A stretch of DNA of 64,000 bases from Thermodesulfobacteriota bacterium. GTDB taxonomy: Bacteria; Desulfobacterota; Desulfobacteria; Desulfobacterales; SURF-7. The notes beneath the pieces were generated by a model. That model saw nothing but the letters and a program-made list of their open reading frames with translations, was not told the origin of the DNA and made no database searches. The stretch is from contig JBMORA010000047.1 of NCBI GenBank assembly GCA_049320885.1, positions 14,754 through 78,753 of the forward strand, read 5' to 3'. Position numbers and translations under genes: made by a program. This document shows positions 1 to 8,938 of the stretch, in pieces. Positions within the stretch are counted from its first letter, which is position 1; each line of letters begins with the position of its first letter.

Positions 1-430
1 GGTAATCAAAGACCGCCTGCATGACGTGAATGCCGCCTTCATCCGGATGACGGAAGAGGTGATTTTTCAGCGGAGCGGGAAGATTGTTCGTCAGGTCGGT
101 GAATAACTGCCGGATGCCTTCCATGTATGCGGGCAGTTCCCCCTGCAGGCGGCCGAGCTGCCTGCCGGCGGCCGGAACACCGAACCAGACGGCGACTCCG
201 GTCAGGACGCCGATGGCCAGATACAGGCACAATACGGCCGTGGAGCGGGTCATTCCAGCCCGTTCCAGTGCGTCGGCAACGGGAGAAAGCAGATAGGTGA
301 GAACCAACGCCAGCACGAACGTCAATAACAGATTGTCGATGAAGATAACGATCAAGAGGGTCAGGGACAGGATCAGGGCAACGGTGAACATGCGGACCGC
401 TCGTTCCGCGGCAAGGCTGGAAACCGTCAT
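1..430 (-). CDS. AI-2E (PerM/TqsA) family transporter, runs off the window
   Basis: Hand translation from ATG 430: MTVSSLAAERAVRMFTVALILSLTLLIVIFIDNLLLTFVLALVLTYLLSPVADALERAGMTRSTAVLCLY...; YLLxPxxDxLERxG pattern; ATGA overlap with the stop of the upstream gene; absent from the ORF track. Confidence 0.8.
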   Translation of the reverse strand, partial: MTVSSLAAERAVRMFTVALILSLTLLIVIFIDNLLLTFVLALVLTYLLSPVADALERAGMTRSTAVLCLYLAIGVLTGVAVWFGVPAAGRQLGRLQGELPAYMEGIRQLFTDLTNNLPAPLKNHLFRHPDEGGIHVMQAVFDY

Positions 431-972
431 TTCGCCGTTTCGCCTTTCAGCAGATGGAGCTCTTCATTCAGCCGCGCCATTTTCCCGGTTGTATCGATCA
501 GGCGCTGGGCCAGAACTTCACTGAGTCCCAGCAGGATTTTCACGCCCGTGGCCGGCCTTCGTTCCAGGATTTCGAGCAGATCCGGTTTGAAAAAGCCGAT
601 CAGGCGGGTATCCGTTACCGCCCGGGCGTTGGCGCTGCGGGTTCCGTTTTCTTCCACCAGGGCCAGTTCGCCGAAAAAATCATCCGGGCCGAGCCGGGTG
701 ACCAATGTCTCGTCCGCTTGATTGGAAACGTCGGAGTTCTGGACGGCGGTGGTGATGTCGACCGTGCCTTCGGCGATGATATACATTCCGAAACCGATTT
801 CGCCCTGGCGGAATACCGTTTCGCCGTTGTGGTAATGCCTGATATGCAGAATATTGGTCACAAACCGCAGGTCTTTCGGGCTGAGTTCCTTGAACAGCAT
901 ATTGGCTTTCAGGATGGTCCGGATATCTTTCTTGCCTTTGCCGGCAACATTCGCCCACAGTGATTGCAGCAT
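427..972 (-). CDS. Stand-alone cyclic-nucleotide-binding (CAP effector) domain protein
   Basis: VFRQGEIGFGMYIIAEGTV, FFGELALV, RSANARA motifs; no C-terminal HTH. Confidence 0.9.
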   Translation of the reverse strand: MLQSLWANVAGKGKKDIRTILKANMLFKELSPKDLRFVTNILHIRHYHNGETVFRQGEIGFGMYIIAEGTVDITTAVQNSDVSNQADETLVTRLGPDDFFGELALVEENGTRSANARAVTDTRLIGFFKPDLLEILERRPATGVKILLGLSEVLAQRLIDTTGKMARLNEELHLLKGETAK

Positions 973-1079
973 GACGCCTCGATCCGCATCGGGGGATAGG
1001 GAGAAAAGTCGGTTTTCCTGTTACCGATTTCTCCGGCATCATATCATGGAACTGGAAGAAAAGGAATAGCCTGAAATCG

Positions 1080-1110
1080 ATTCCAGATCAATTCCAGATC
1101 AGTTGCAACT
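1080..1110. repeat. 11-bp tandem direct repeat ATTCCAGATCA x2 plus palindrome AGTTGCAACT
   Basis: Read directly: copies at 1080-1090 and 1091-1101; palindrome at 1101-1110; lies in a divergent intergenic region. Confidence 0.7.
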
Positions 1111-1138
1111 TGCAGACAAAACGAAAGAAACATGACGT

Positions 1139-1168
1139 TTGACAGAATCGGACGGATGGTCTAATAAT
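1139..1168 (+). promoter_or_regulatory. Putative sigma70 promoter of queF
   Basis: TTGACA (1139-1144), 18 nt, AATAAT. Confidence 0.4.
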
Positions 1169-1240
1169 CGAATCTTTCAGGAAAGCTGTCTAATCAGGCC
1201 GCCGGTCATGATGCTGGCGGGCGGCTCAGGAGGAACTTCC

Positions 1241-1648
1241 ATGACCAAACCGTATGATCACCGGATCCGTTACCGGGTGGAGAGTGCCGATATCGTTGAC
1301 CCGAATGTGCTGGATCCGATCGAGTATCAGTATCATGCCAAGCGGGACATCGATATTGCCATCCGGCAGCCGGAATATACGTCCGTTTGTCCCATGACCG
1401 GTCTTCCGGATACGGGATGCATAACCATTCAATACCGGCCCAACCGGAAAATTGTTGAACTGAAATCCTTGAAATATTATTTGCTTCAATACCGGAATGT
1501 GGGGATTTTTTATGAACACGTGGTCAACCGGATTCTGGATGATCTGGTGAAAGTGGTCCAGCCCAAGACCATGACCGTCACCGGGGAGTTTACCGCCCGC
1601 GGCGGCATTACATCAACGGTCACCGCCGCTTATAAGGAGAAGGAATGA
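1241..1648 (+). CDS. queF: NADPH-dependent 7-cyano-7-deazaguanine reductase (short type I QueF)
   Basis: EYTSVCPMTGLPD, ELKSLKYYL and F-x-x-RGGI motifs; AGGAGG RBS before ATG 1241. Confidence 0.93.
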   Translation: MTKPYDHRIRYRVESADIVDPNVLDPIEYQYHAKRDIDIAIRQPEYTSVCPMTGLPDTGCITIQYRPNRKIVELKSLKYYLLQYRNVGIFYEHVVNRILDDLVKVVQPKTMTVTGEFTARGGITSTVTAAYKEKE

Positions 1649-2607
1649 GACATCTCGGGATACGAATCGGTTCCTTGGGAAACCGCGGGGCATGGGGTCG
1701 GGTTCTCGCCGTCGCTGTCGCCCTGTTCTGCCTTGCCGGGTGCTATGCGGCCATGGCGGAGAGAGACGCCAGAACCCTGACCGGTGATTTGGAAACCGAG
1801 GAAAACAGCGTCCTGCAGACGATCTGGGTCCTGGAATTCTCCAATAAGTCCTTCCTTGCGGACCGGGAAGTGGAAACAACCATGCAGCGAATGCTGCTGG
1901 ATGAATGTGCCGCGAACTGCCATCCGATTTCATTCCAGGAGGATCGGGAAGGGAATCGGCTCGACATCCCCCGGCTATCCTCGGGGGAAATAGACAATTA
2001 CGGTCTGGCTCTGGCGAGCCGCGGAAAGGGCGCTGGCGCCGTTCTCAGCGGTGTGATAACCGATATCCGCGGCGAGGAGGAGTCTCTCGGTTTCTGGTGG
2101 TTTGAAGAGAAAGTCCGGTCGGCGGTGGTCAACCTGAATATCGTGCTGCTCGATTCGGAAACCGGGGCGAAACTGCTGGATGACAACTACAACGCCGAAA
2201 GCGAGATCACCGCCAGGCAATATAAACGCCTGAAAGCGGGGGACAGATCGCTTGAACTGCCACTGATCGCGGACGCCATGAAGCAGGTAGCGGCGGATGC
2301 CGGAGAAGCCCTATGTGAAACGCTGAGAACTCACCCCGCCAAGTTTTTCCCGGCCGGCATGTCCGGCAACAGCCTGCGGCTGACGGCCGGACGGAATGCC
2401 GGGCTGGAGAAGGGAATCGAGCTGGATGCGTATCAACACGGTGACGTCATGACCGGCAAGGACGGCCAGCGGTTTGCCATTCCGGGGACCAGGACCGGAA
2501 CAGTCAGAATCCTGTCCGTCACGGAGAGCGAAGCCGCGGCCGAGATCATTTCCGGCACCGTTCCCGATGCATCCGTATGCCTCAAACCGAAAGTGGACTG
2601 GGAATAA
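1645..2607 (+). CDS. Exported or lipoprotein with CsgG/FlgT-like middle region and FlgT C-terminal-like domain
   Basis: Hydrophobic signal ending LAGC; C-terminal LTAGRNAGLEKG...GTVRILSV pattern; ATGA overlap with queF. Confidence 0.6.
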   Translation: MRHLGIRIGSLGNRGAWGRVLAVAVALFCLAGCYAAMAERDARTLTGDLETEENSVLQTIWVLEFSNKSFLADREVETTMQRMLLDECAANCHPISFQEDREGNRLDIPRLSSGEIDNYGLALASRGKGAGAVLSGVITDIRGEEESLGFWWFEEKVRSAVVNLNIVLLDSETGAKLLDDNYNAESEITARQYKRLKAGDRSLELPLIADAMKQVAADAGEALCETLRTHPAKFFPAGMSGNSLRLTAGRNAGLEKGIELDAYQHGDVMTGKDGQRFAIPGTRTGTVRILSVTESEAAAEIISGTVPDASVCLKPKVDWE

Positions 2608-2611
2608 GAAC

Positions 2612-4615
2612 CTAAATCTCCCTTCCGGCTTTGAATCCCTGATGGACCGCATCGATGGCCTGGGCCACCCGCAGGGCGTCTCCGGCGACGAGATGCCGGA
2701 TTCCTTTCTGTTGCAGCAGCTCCGCCAAAGGGTTGTGGGATCTGGAACCCACGGCCAGAACCACGGTGTCGGCTGCGATTTCCCGGGTTCCACCGGGCTC
2801 TTCGATTTTTATTCCAGCGGCGGTGATCTCCAGGGCCTTGGTGGCGGTCAGTCGGGTGATGGCGCTGCGGTCCATGTCCTGGAACATGCTCCATTTGGTG
2901 GAGCGGCCGATATCCTTGCCCACGGCTTCCAGCATTTCAATCAGAACGATCTCCTTCGTCCCCCTGGTGGCCAGCCGGTAAAGCGCTTCCGGATCTTCCG
3001 CCCGGTTGACCAGCAGAAATTTCACCGCGTCCCCGGAAAGCGTGCCCTTCTCCGCAAGAAACAACGCCGTTTCCACTCCCACGGCGCCGCCGCCGACGAT
3101 GACGACCCGTTTGCCCGCATGGACTTTGTTTTGCAGCACATCCCAGGCCTGCACGACATGGGGAAGGTCCGCTCCCGGGATGGGAGGGGCAATGGGTGTC
3201 GCACCCGTGGCGACGATGACCGCCGCCGGTTTTTCCGCGTCGAGCAGTTTTTCATCCACCGGCTGCTTCAGCCGCACGGTAACGGAACTGAGGGCGATCT
3301 GTTTTTCCAGGTCCCTGGCCAGGGCGGCGAATTCCTCCCGGCCCGGAGGGGCGGCCGCCAGATAGAGCTGGCCGCCCAGGCGATCGCTTTTTTCATACAG
3401 GATGACCTGATGACCGCATTCGGCGGCGGAGAGGGCTGCGCTCATTCCGGCGGCGCCGCCGCCGACCACCATCACTTTTTTGGGGGTTCCGCTAATACTG
3501 ATCCGGCATTCCTTTTCGCGGCCGGCTTTCGGGTTGCAGAGACATTCCACGGCCTTCAGCTTGAACAGATTGTCGAAACATCCCTGGGCGCAGGCGATAC
3601 AGTGGACAATTTCATCGTCACGGCCGCTGCGCGCCTTTTCCGGCAGGAAGGGATCGGCGATCAGGCTGCGTCCCATGGCCACCATGTCGCACATGCCGTC
3701 GCTGATGAGTTCCCGGGCCGTCAGGGGATCATTGATCCGGTGGCTCGCGATCACCGGCACGCTTACCAACTCCTTGATGCCTCTTGACAGATAGGCGAAT
3801 ACCCCCCTGGGTACCGAGGTGACGATCTGGGGAACCCGGGCCTCGTGCCAGCCGACATTGATGCACAGCGCATCGACGCCGGCCTGTTCCACCAGGGCCT
3901 TGGCGTATTGCTGCAATTCCAGGCGCCCCTGCCCCCCGGGCATGAAATCGTTACCGTTCATGCGCACCAGCGTGGGATAGTCCGGGCCGACTTTTTTCCG
4001 GATGGCCTGCATGACTTCCAGGCCGAAGCGCATGCGGTTTTCCAGACTGCCGCCGTATTCATCCTCCCGTTTGTTGGTCAGGGGGGAGAGGAATTCACTG
4101 ATCAGGTAACCGGTGCCGCTCAGGACCTCCACGGCGTCGTATCCGGCCTGCTGAACCCGCAGGGCGGCCGCCGCGAAATTCCCGATGATGCCGTGGATTT
4201 CCTCCCGGGTCAGTTCCCTGGGGGTTTCCTTGGTCATGCGCGAGGCAATGGGGGAGGGGGCCACCGGTTGTTTGCCGTTGAGGAAAAACGAAAAATTATA
4301 GCGACCGGCATGATTCAGCTGCACCGCCGAGCGGGCGCCGTTATCCTTGATGGCCGCCGCCAGCCGCGCCAGACCGGGGATATACTCGTCCTTGTGGGCT
4401 CCGATATTTTGTGTGTTGCCGGAAAGATCGTCCACCGTCGCATACCCTACGGTGATCATGCCGGCCCCTCCCCGGGCCCTTTCGGCGTAGAATTCCACGA
4501 GCCGGTCGGTCACCTCGAAATTCTCGGCCATGGCCAGGTGCATGGCCGGCAGATAAATCCGGTTTTTCACTTCCAGCTGGTTGATGCGAATCGGTTGGAA
4601 CAATGGATCTTTCAT
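2612..4615 (-). CDS. NADH:flavin oxidoreductase, 2,4-dienoyl-CoA reductase (FadH)-like
   Basis: OYE barrel (YAERARGGAG, GYLISEFLSP, REDEYGGSLENR), Fe-S motif CIACAQGC...C, two Rossmann motifs (VVGGGAAG, IVGGGAVG). Confidence 0.9.
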   Translation of the reverse strand: MKDPLFQPIRINQLEVKNRIYLPAMHLAMAENFEVTDRLVEFYAERARGGAGMITVGYATVDDLSGNTQNIGAHKDEYIPGLARLAAAIKDNGARSAVQLNHAGRYNFSFFLNGKQPVAPSPIASRMTKETPRELTREEIHGIIGNFAAAALRVQQAGYDAVEVLSGTGYLISEFLSPLTNKREDEYGGSLENRMRFGLEVMQAIRKKVGPDYPTLVRMNGNDFMPGGQGRLELQQYAKALVEQAGVDALCINVGWHEARVPQIVTSVPRGVFAYLSRGIKELVSVPVIASHRINDPLTARELISDGMCDMVAMGRSLIADPFLPEKARSGRDDEIVHCIACAQGCFDNLFKLKAVECLCNPKAGREKECRISISGTPKKVMVVGGGAAGMSAALSAAECGHQVILYEKSDRLGGQLYLAAAPPGREEFAALARDLEKQIALSSVTVRLKQPVDEKLLDAEKPAAVIVATGATPIAPPIPGADLPHVVQAWDVLQNKVHAGKRVVIVGGGAVGVETALFLAEKGTLSGDAVKFLLVNRAEDPEALYRLATRGTKEIVLIEMLEAVGKDIGRSTKWSMFQDMDRSAITRLTATKALEITAAGIKIEEPGGTREIAADTVVLAVGSRSHNPLAELLQQKGIRHLVAGDALRVAQAIDAVHQGFKAGREI

Positions 4616-4638
4616 GAAGCCCCCTTTCGATGGAAAAT

Positions 4639-4655
4639 TTTGTATACTAAATAAA
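4639..4655. promoter_or_regulatory. Putative MarR operator, copy 2 (TTTGTATACTAAATAAA)
   Basis: 16/17 identical to 5066-5082; overlaps the marR stop, upstream of the oxidoreductase start. Confidence 0.6.
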
Positions 4656-5054
4656 GTCCCGCAGCAGCCGTTTCAGGACAATGCGTTCCTCCATGCTGAA
4701 ACCGTTCAGGATTTCATCGTTGGCCCGGGTTCGTTCCTGCATCAGTTGGCTCTCCATGGATCTGGCCTTGGGAGAAAGATGAATGCGCAGAATCCGTTTA
4801 TCCCCCGGATCGGTTTGCTTGACGATCCAGTCGCCTTCCGAAAGGCGGTCCAGGACGCCGGAGACGGTGGCGTTATCGAGCACCAAACGTTTGGCGATCT
4901 CGCCGGCCGTCAGTCCGTCCTCTTCCCAGAGGACTTCCAGGATCAGGGCCTGGACGGATGTCAGTCCATACGGCTTAAGGCGATTTTTCAAATTGTTCTG
5001 CGATTTCTGGTAGGCCTTGGCCAGCAGAAACACGATGCAGTCGGAGTAGGTCAT
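4647..5054 (-). CDS. MarR family transcriptional regulator
   Basis: GLTSVQALIL, LDNATVSGVLDRL, DPGDKRILRIHLS winged helix. Confidence 0.93.
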   Translation of the reverse strand: MTYSDCIVFLLAKAYQKSQNNLKNRLKPYGLTSVQALILEVLWEEDGLTAGEIAKRLVLDNATVSGVLDRLSEGDWIVKQTDPGDKRILRIHLSPKARSMESQLMQERTRANDEILNGFSMEERIVLKRLLRDFI

Positions 5055-5065
5055 GGGGTATTTCC

Positions 5066-5082
5066 TTTGTATGCTAAATAAA
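5066..5082. promoter_or_regulatory. Putative MarR operator, copy 1 (TTTGTATGCTAAATAAA)
   Basis: Pseudo-palindromic; overlaps the -10 region of a minus-strand promoter with TTGACA at 5103-5098. Confidence 0.6.
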
Positions 5083-5173
5083 TCGGGCGGCCGGGGATGT
5101 CAAGCGGAAAACAGTGAAGAGCTGTCCCTTGAGGATTGACAAGCGGGGCCGGGGGGGCCTATACAGAATCTCT

Positions 5174-5983
5174 ATGAATCCAAAGACACAAGCGATCATC
5201 GCCAAGGTTCAGGTCAACATCCCGTTCCGCATGCTGGTGGAAACCCATCTGGATCTCTTTATAAAGCTGGGCCTGAATCCGGAAATCGGGCTGGACGCCG
5301 ATGCCCTGGACCATTTTTCCCGGAAGGAGTTCCAGGAAATCGCCGCTGCGTTTCAGCGGCAGGGACGCACCATCACCCTGCACGGCCCCTTCACCGATCT
5401 GTCGCCCGGTTCCCCGGATCCGGAAATCCTGGCCGTCACCCGCCGGCGGCTGGAGCAGCTTTCGGACCTGGTGCCGGTCTTCAAGCCTCTCACCGTGGTG
5501 TGCCACGCGGGGTATGATCCCCACCGGTACTCCTACATCCGGGAAGAATGGCTGGCGGCGGCCCGGACCTTGTGGCAATGGGCCGGGGACCGGATCCGGT
5601 CCGCCGGGGCGCGCCTGATGCTGGAAAATGTGTATGAAAGCGAGGCGGAGGAGCTGAGGCCCCTGTTCGGGGATTCGGCCTTGCCGGGGATCGGGTTTTG
5701 TTTCGACGCCGGCCACCAGACCGTCTTCAGCAAAAAAACCATGGCTGCCTGGCTGGAAAAACTGGGGCCTTTTCTTGGGCAGCTGCATCTCCACGACAAC
5801 ATGGGCGATCGTGACGCCCATCTTCCCATGGGAAAAGGATGTATCGATTTCCCGCTGTTGTTCCGCTACCTGGAACGGAATCATCTCCGGCCGGTGATCA
5901 CCCTGGAGCCCCACGTGGAAGGCGATCTGTGGCAGAGCCTCGCCTATCTGGAAAACCGGTGGCCCGGTTTTCCAGCAGAGTAA
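5174..5983 (+). CDS. Sugar-phosphate isomerase/epimerase (AP endonuclease 2 TIM barrel) family
   Basis: LHGPF, LENV, CFDAGH, HLHDN..D.HL..G.G, ITLE motifs; ATG 5174 preferred, with TTGACA at 5136 and TATACA at 5160 upstream. Confidence 0.85.
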   Translation: MNPKTQAIIAKVQVNIPFRMLVETHLDLFIKLGLNPEIGLDADALDHFSRKEFQEIAAAFQRQGRTITLHGPFTDLSPGSPDPEILAVTRRRLEQLSDLVPVFKPLTVVCHAGYDPHRYSYIREEWLAAARTLWQWAGDRIRSAGARLMLENVYESEAEELRPLFGDSALPGIGFCFDAGHQTVFSKKTMAAWLEKLGPFLGQLHLHDNMGDRDAHLPMGKGCIDFPLLFRYLERNHLRPVITLEPHVEGDLWQSLAYLENRWPGFPAE

Positions 5984-5990
5984 ATCCGGT

Positions 5991-7109
5991 CTATTTCCCC
6001 AGGAACTCCAGCAGGATGTTCAAAATCCTGCGGATCGGCTCGGCCGCGCCCCAGAGCAGCTGATCGCCCACCGTGTAGGCGGTCAGGTATTCCGGACCCA
6101 GATTGAGCTTTCGGAGGCGCCCCACCGGTACGGTCAGGGTGCCGGTGACGGCCGCCGGGGTCAGCTGGGTGGCGGTATCCGGCTTGGTGTTGGGCACCAC
6201 CTTGACCCACTGGTTCGCGGCGGAAATGATGTCCGTGATGTCCGCAAGGGGGATGTCCCGGGTCAGCTTGATGGTCAGGGCCTGGCTGTGGCAGCGCATG
6301 GCGCCGATGCGGACGCAGAGACCGTCGATGGGAATGGGGGTTCTGGTTTTCAGGATTTTGTTGGTTTCGGCGAATCCTTTCCATTCCTCTTTGGTCTGTC
6401 CGCTGTCCATGGGGCTGTCGATCCAGGGAATGACGCTGCCGGCCAGCGGGGCGCCGAAATTGTCCGTGGGGAAATCCTTGCCGCGCATGGCAGTGATCAC
6501 CCGCCGGTCCAGTTCGGCAATGGCGGAAGCCGGTTTGTCCAGCAGGTCCCTGGCGGTTTCGCCGATAAACGCCATCTGCGCCACCAATTCCCGCATGTTT
6601 TTCGCCCCGGCTCCGGAAGCGGCCTGATAGGTCATGGAGGTCATCCACTCGATATATCCTTTTTGAAACAAACCGCCAATGGCCATGAGCATCAGGCTGA
6701 CCGTGCAATTGCCGCCGATGAAATCCCTGCCGCCTTCCCGGAGGGCCTGGTCGATCACATTCCGGTTGACCGGGTCGAGAACGATGACGCTGTCCTTTTC
6801 CATGCGCAGGGCCGAAGCGGCGTCGATCCAATATCCTTTCCAGCCGGAACGCCGGAGTTTGGGGTAGATTTCCTTGGTGTAATCACTTCCCTGGCAGGTA
6901 ACGATGATGTCCATGCCGGAGAGCTTTCCGGTATCGAAGGCGTCTTGAAGGGGTGGCGTCGAAAGACCCACATCCGGTCCCGGCTGACCGATCTGGGACG
7001 TGGTGAAGAACAAAGGCTCGAACCCCTTGAAATCCTTTTCAGCCGTCATTCGTTCCATCAATACGGAACCGACCATTCCCCGCCAACCGACGAAAGCTAC
7101 CGTAAGCAT
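5991..7109 (-). CDS. asd: Aspartate-semialdehyde dehydrogenase
   Basis: [52 protein letters not shown]. Confidence 0.97.
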   Translation of the reverse strand: MLTVAFVGWRGMVGSVLMERMTAEKDFKGFEPLFFTTSQIGQPGPDVGLSTPPLQDAFDTGKLSGMDIIVTCQGSDYTKEIYPKLRRSGWKGYWIDAASALRMEKDSVIVLDPVNRNVIDQALREGGRDFIGGNCTVSLMLMAIGGLFQKGYIEWMTSMTYQAASGAGAKNMRELVAQMAFIGETARDLLDKPASAIAELDRRVITAMRGKDFPTDNFGAPLAGSVIPWIDSPMDSGQTKEEWKGFAETNKILKTRTPIPIDGLCVRIGAMRCHSQALTIKLTRDIPLADITDIISAANQWVKVVPNTKPDTATQLTPAAVTGTLTVPVGRLRKLNLGPEYLTAYTVGDQLLWGAAEPIRRILNILLEFLGK

Positions 7110-7224
7110 AAGCTGTATCTCCCTGAATATGGTGACCGATGTCTTGCTACATCATGACGTCGCTTCATGGAACCGCGGCAAAGCCGCTCGGTTGATGCAA
7201 CGGATGCCATCATGAGAGGTGAAA

Positions 7225-7253
7225 ACGATAACTGAAATCCGGAAGGCTGTCAA
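7225..7253 (-). promoter_or_regulatory. sigma70 promoter of asd
   Basis: TTGACA-17-TATCGT on the minus strand; predicts a ~110-nt 5' UTR. Confidence 0.6.
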
Positions 7254-7359
7254 TTCCAAAACCGTACAAAAACCGTCCCGGAAAACGAACCCCGCCGGTG
7301 CGGAATCGGCGCCGGCTTTATGATTTGATTCTTTTGCGTGAATTGGGTAGGGTCCGACC

Positions 7360-8931
7360 ATGAACATGGAATGGCGATTGGAAGATCTGGTGGATTTGGA
7401 ATATTTCCTTGGCTTGGATCAGGACCGGTCCCCCGCGGAACTGGTCCGGCGGGACAGGGACCTCTTTCTGCGGGAGCTGTCACCGGACCTCGAGGGAGAG
7501 GGGGTGGAGGGGCGGCGGTATCGGCGGATTCTGTTGCGTCTCTGGCTGGAGCGACGCCGCCGGATGGAAGATGCGGCGATTGGAAAGCCGCCTCTTCCCG
7601 GAGCGCTTTTTTCCGGTTTCCAGTTTCTGATTCGGATTCTGGCCGGATTGACCGGAATCGTAGCGGGGTTCGGCCTTTCAGGGGCGTTTTTGAACTATCG
7701 GGGAATGGAACCCCTGAACGTCTGGACCTATCTCGGCCTTTTCGTATTTCTTCAGATCGGCCTGCTTTTGTTGATACCGCTCTACGCGCTCCCGTGGCGC
7801 TGTTTCGGCATGGCGCGAAAACCGGGTCCCCTGGCCCTGCTGCTCAGGCTGCTGTTCTCCCGGACCCTCAAACGGGTTTACGCAAGCATGCCGGCTTCGG
7901 CGCGGGTCCGCATGGAATCCACCGCCGGCAGGATCATCGGTAAGACCAGACAGTACGGGACCGCTTTTCATTGGTGGGTTTTTATTTGCGCCCAAATGTT
8001 CGGGGTGGGGTTCAATCTGGGAGTGGTTTCCGGCAGTTTGATACGGGTAATCGGCTCGGATCTGGCCTTTGGCTGGCAATCCACCCTGCAATGGAGCGCC
8101 GGGACAATCCATGCGGGCGTGAAAATCCTGGCGTTGCCCTGGTCCTGGCTTTTCCCTGCCGGTTCGGGGTATCCGACGCTGGCTCAGATCGAGGGCAGCC
8201 GGATGATTTACAAGGACGGCATGGCCCACCTCACCACCCCGGATCTGGTATCCTGGTGGCCTTTTCTGCTATTGGCGGTTCTGTTTTACGGGCTTTTGCC
8301 GCGGTTGCTGCTGCTGCTGACGGGATTCGCTATCCAGCGCCGCGCCCTTGCGCGCCTGGGATTTCGTCATACCGCCTGTGAAGAGCTGTTCCGGCGATTG
8401 ACCTCCCCGATTCTCGAAACCGGCGGCCGGCCGTCCCCGGAGTCGATTCCCGTCCGACTTCGGGAGGGAACGGCAACGGGAATTTCTTCCGGCATGCCCA
8501 TTGACGGAATAGGGCGAACGCCGGACCCTGAAGGCGTCGCGGTCCTGGTGCCGGAAGCCATGGCCGACCGTTGTTCCGGGGAGGAACTGGACAGGGTTCT
8601 CGCCGCCAGACTCGGGTTGGGCGTCGGCCGCATTCTGGTGTTGCCCGATGATCCGGTTGAAGGCCGATCCCTGTTGCGGAAGCTGTCGGAAACTCCGTTC
8701 GATCAGGTCGTGGTTCTTCAGGAGGCATGGCAGCCGCCGATATTCGAGTCCCTGCGGTTTGTCCGGGAAGGCCGAAAGATACTCGGCGACAAGACCCGGA
8801 TGGATCTGTTGCTGATCGGCCGGCCTGCAGCGGAAACGATATTAACGAAGTCCCATCCGGTGGAGGCGGGCATCTGGCGGGAAAAAATCGCCGGCCTGGG
8901 GGATCCGTACCTTGGATGCTACGACTTGTGA
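7360..8931 (+). CDS. DUF2868-type membrane protein
   Basis: Several TM segments; DLAFGWQSTL, WWPFLLLAVLFYGLLPR, EAWQPPI motifs; paired with the downstream GTPase. Confidence 0.8.
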   Translation: MNMEWRLEDLVDLEYFLGLDQDRSPAELVRRDRDLFLRELSPDLEGEGVEGRRYRRILLRLWLERRRRMEDAAIGKPPLPGALFSGFQFLIRILAGLTGIVAGFGLSGAFLNYRGMEPLNVWTYLGLFVFLQIGLLLLIPLYALPWRCFGMARKPGPLALLLRLLFSRTLKRVYASMPASARVRMESTAGRIIGKTRQYGTAFHWWVFICAQMFGVGFNLGVVSGSLIRVIGSDLAFGWQSTLQWSAGTIHAGVKILALPWSWLFPAGSGYPTLAQIEGSRMIYKDGMAHLTTPDLVSWWPFLLLAVLFYGLLPRLLLLLTGFAIQRRALARLGFRHTACEELFRRLTSPILETGGRPSPESIPVRLREGTATGISSGMPIDGIGRTPDPEGVAVLVPEAMADRCSGEELDRVLAARLGLGVGRILVLPDDPVEGRSLLRKLSETPFDQVVVLQEAWQPPIFESLRFVREGRKILGDKTRMDLLLIGRPAAETILTKSHPVEAGIWREKIAGLGDPYLGCYDL

Positions 8932-8938
8932 GGCGAGG

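Noticed and set aside
1170..1240. preQ1 riboswitch before queF
   Set aside because: No preQ1-I hairpin with an A-rich tail is visible
7110..7250. Lysine riboswitch before asd
   Set aside because: The leader is too short and the AGAGGU-like motif is on the wrong strand
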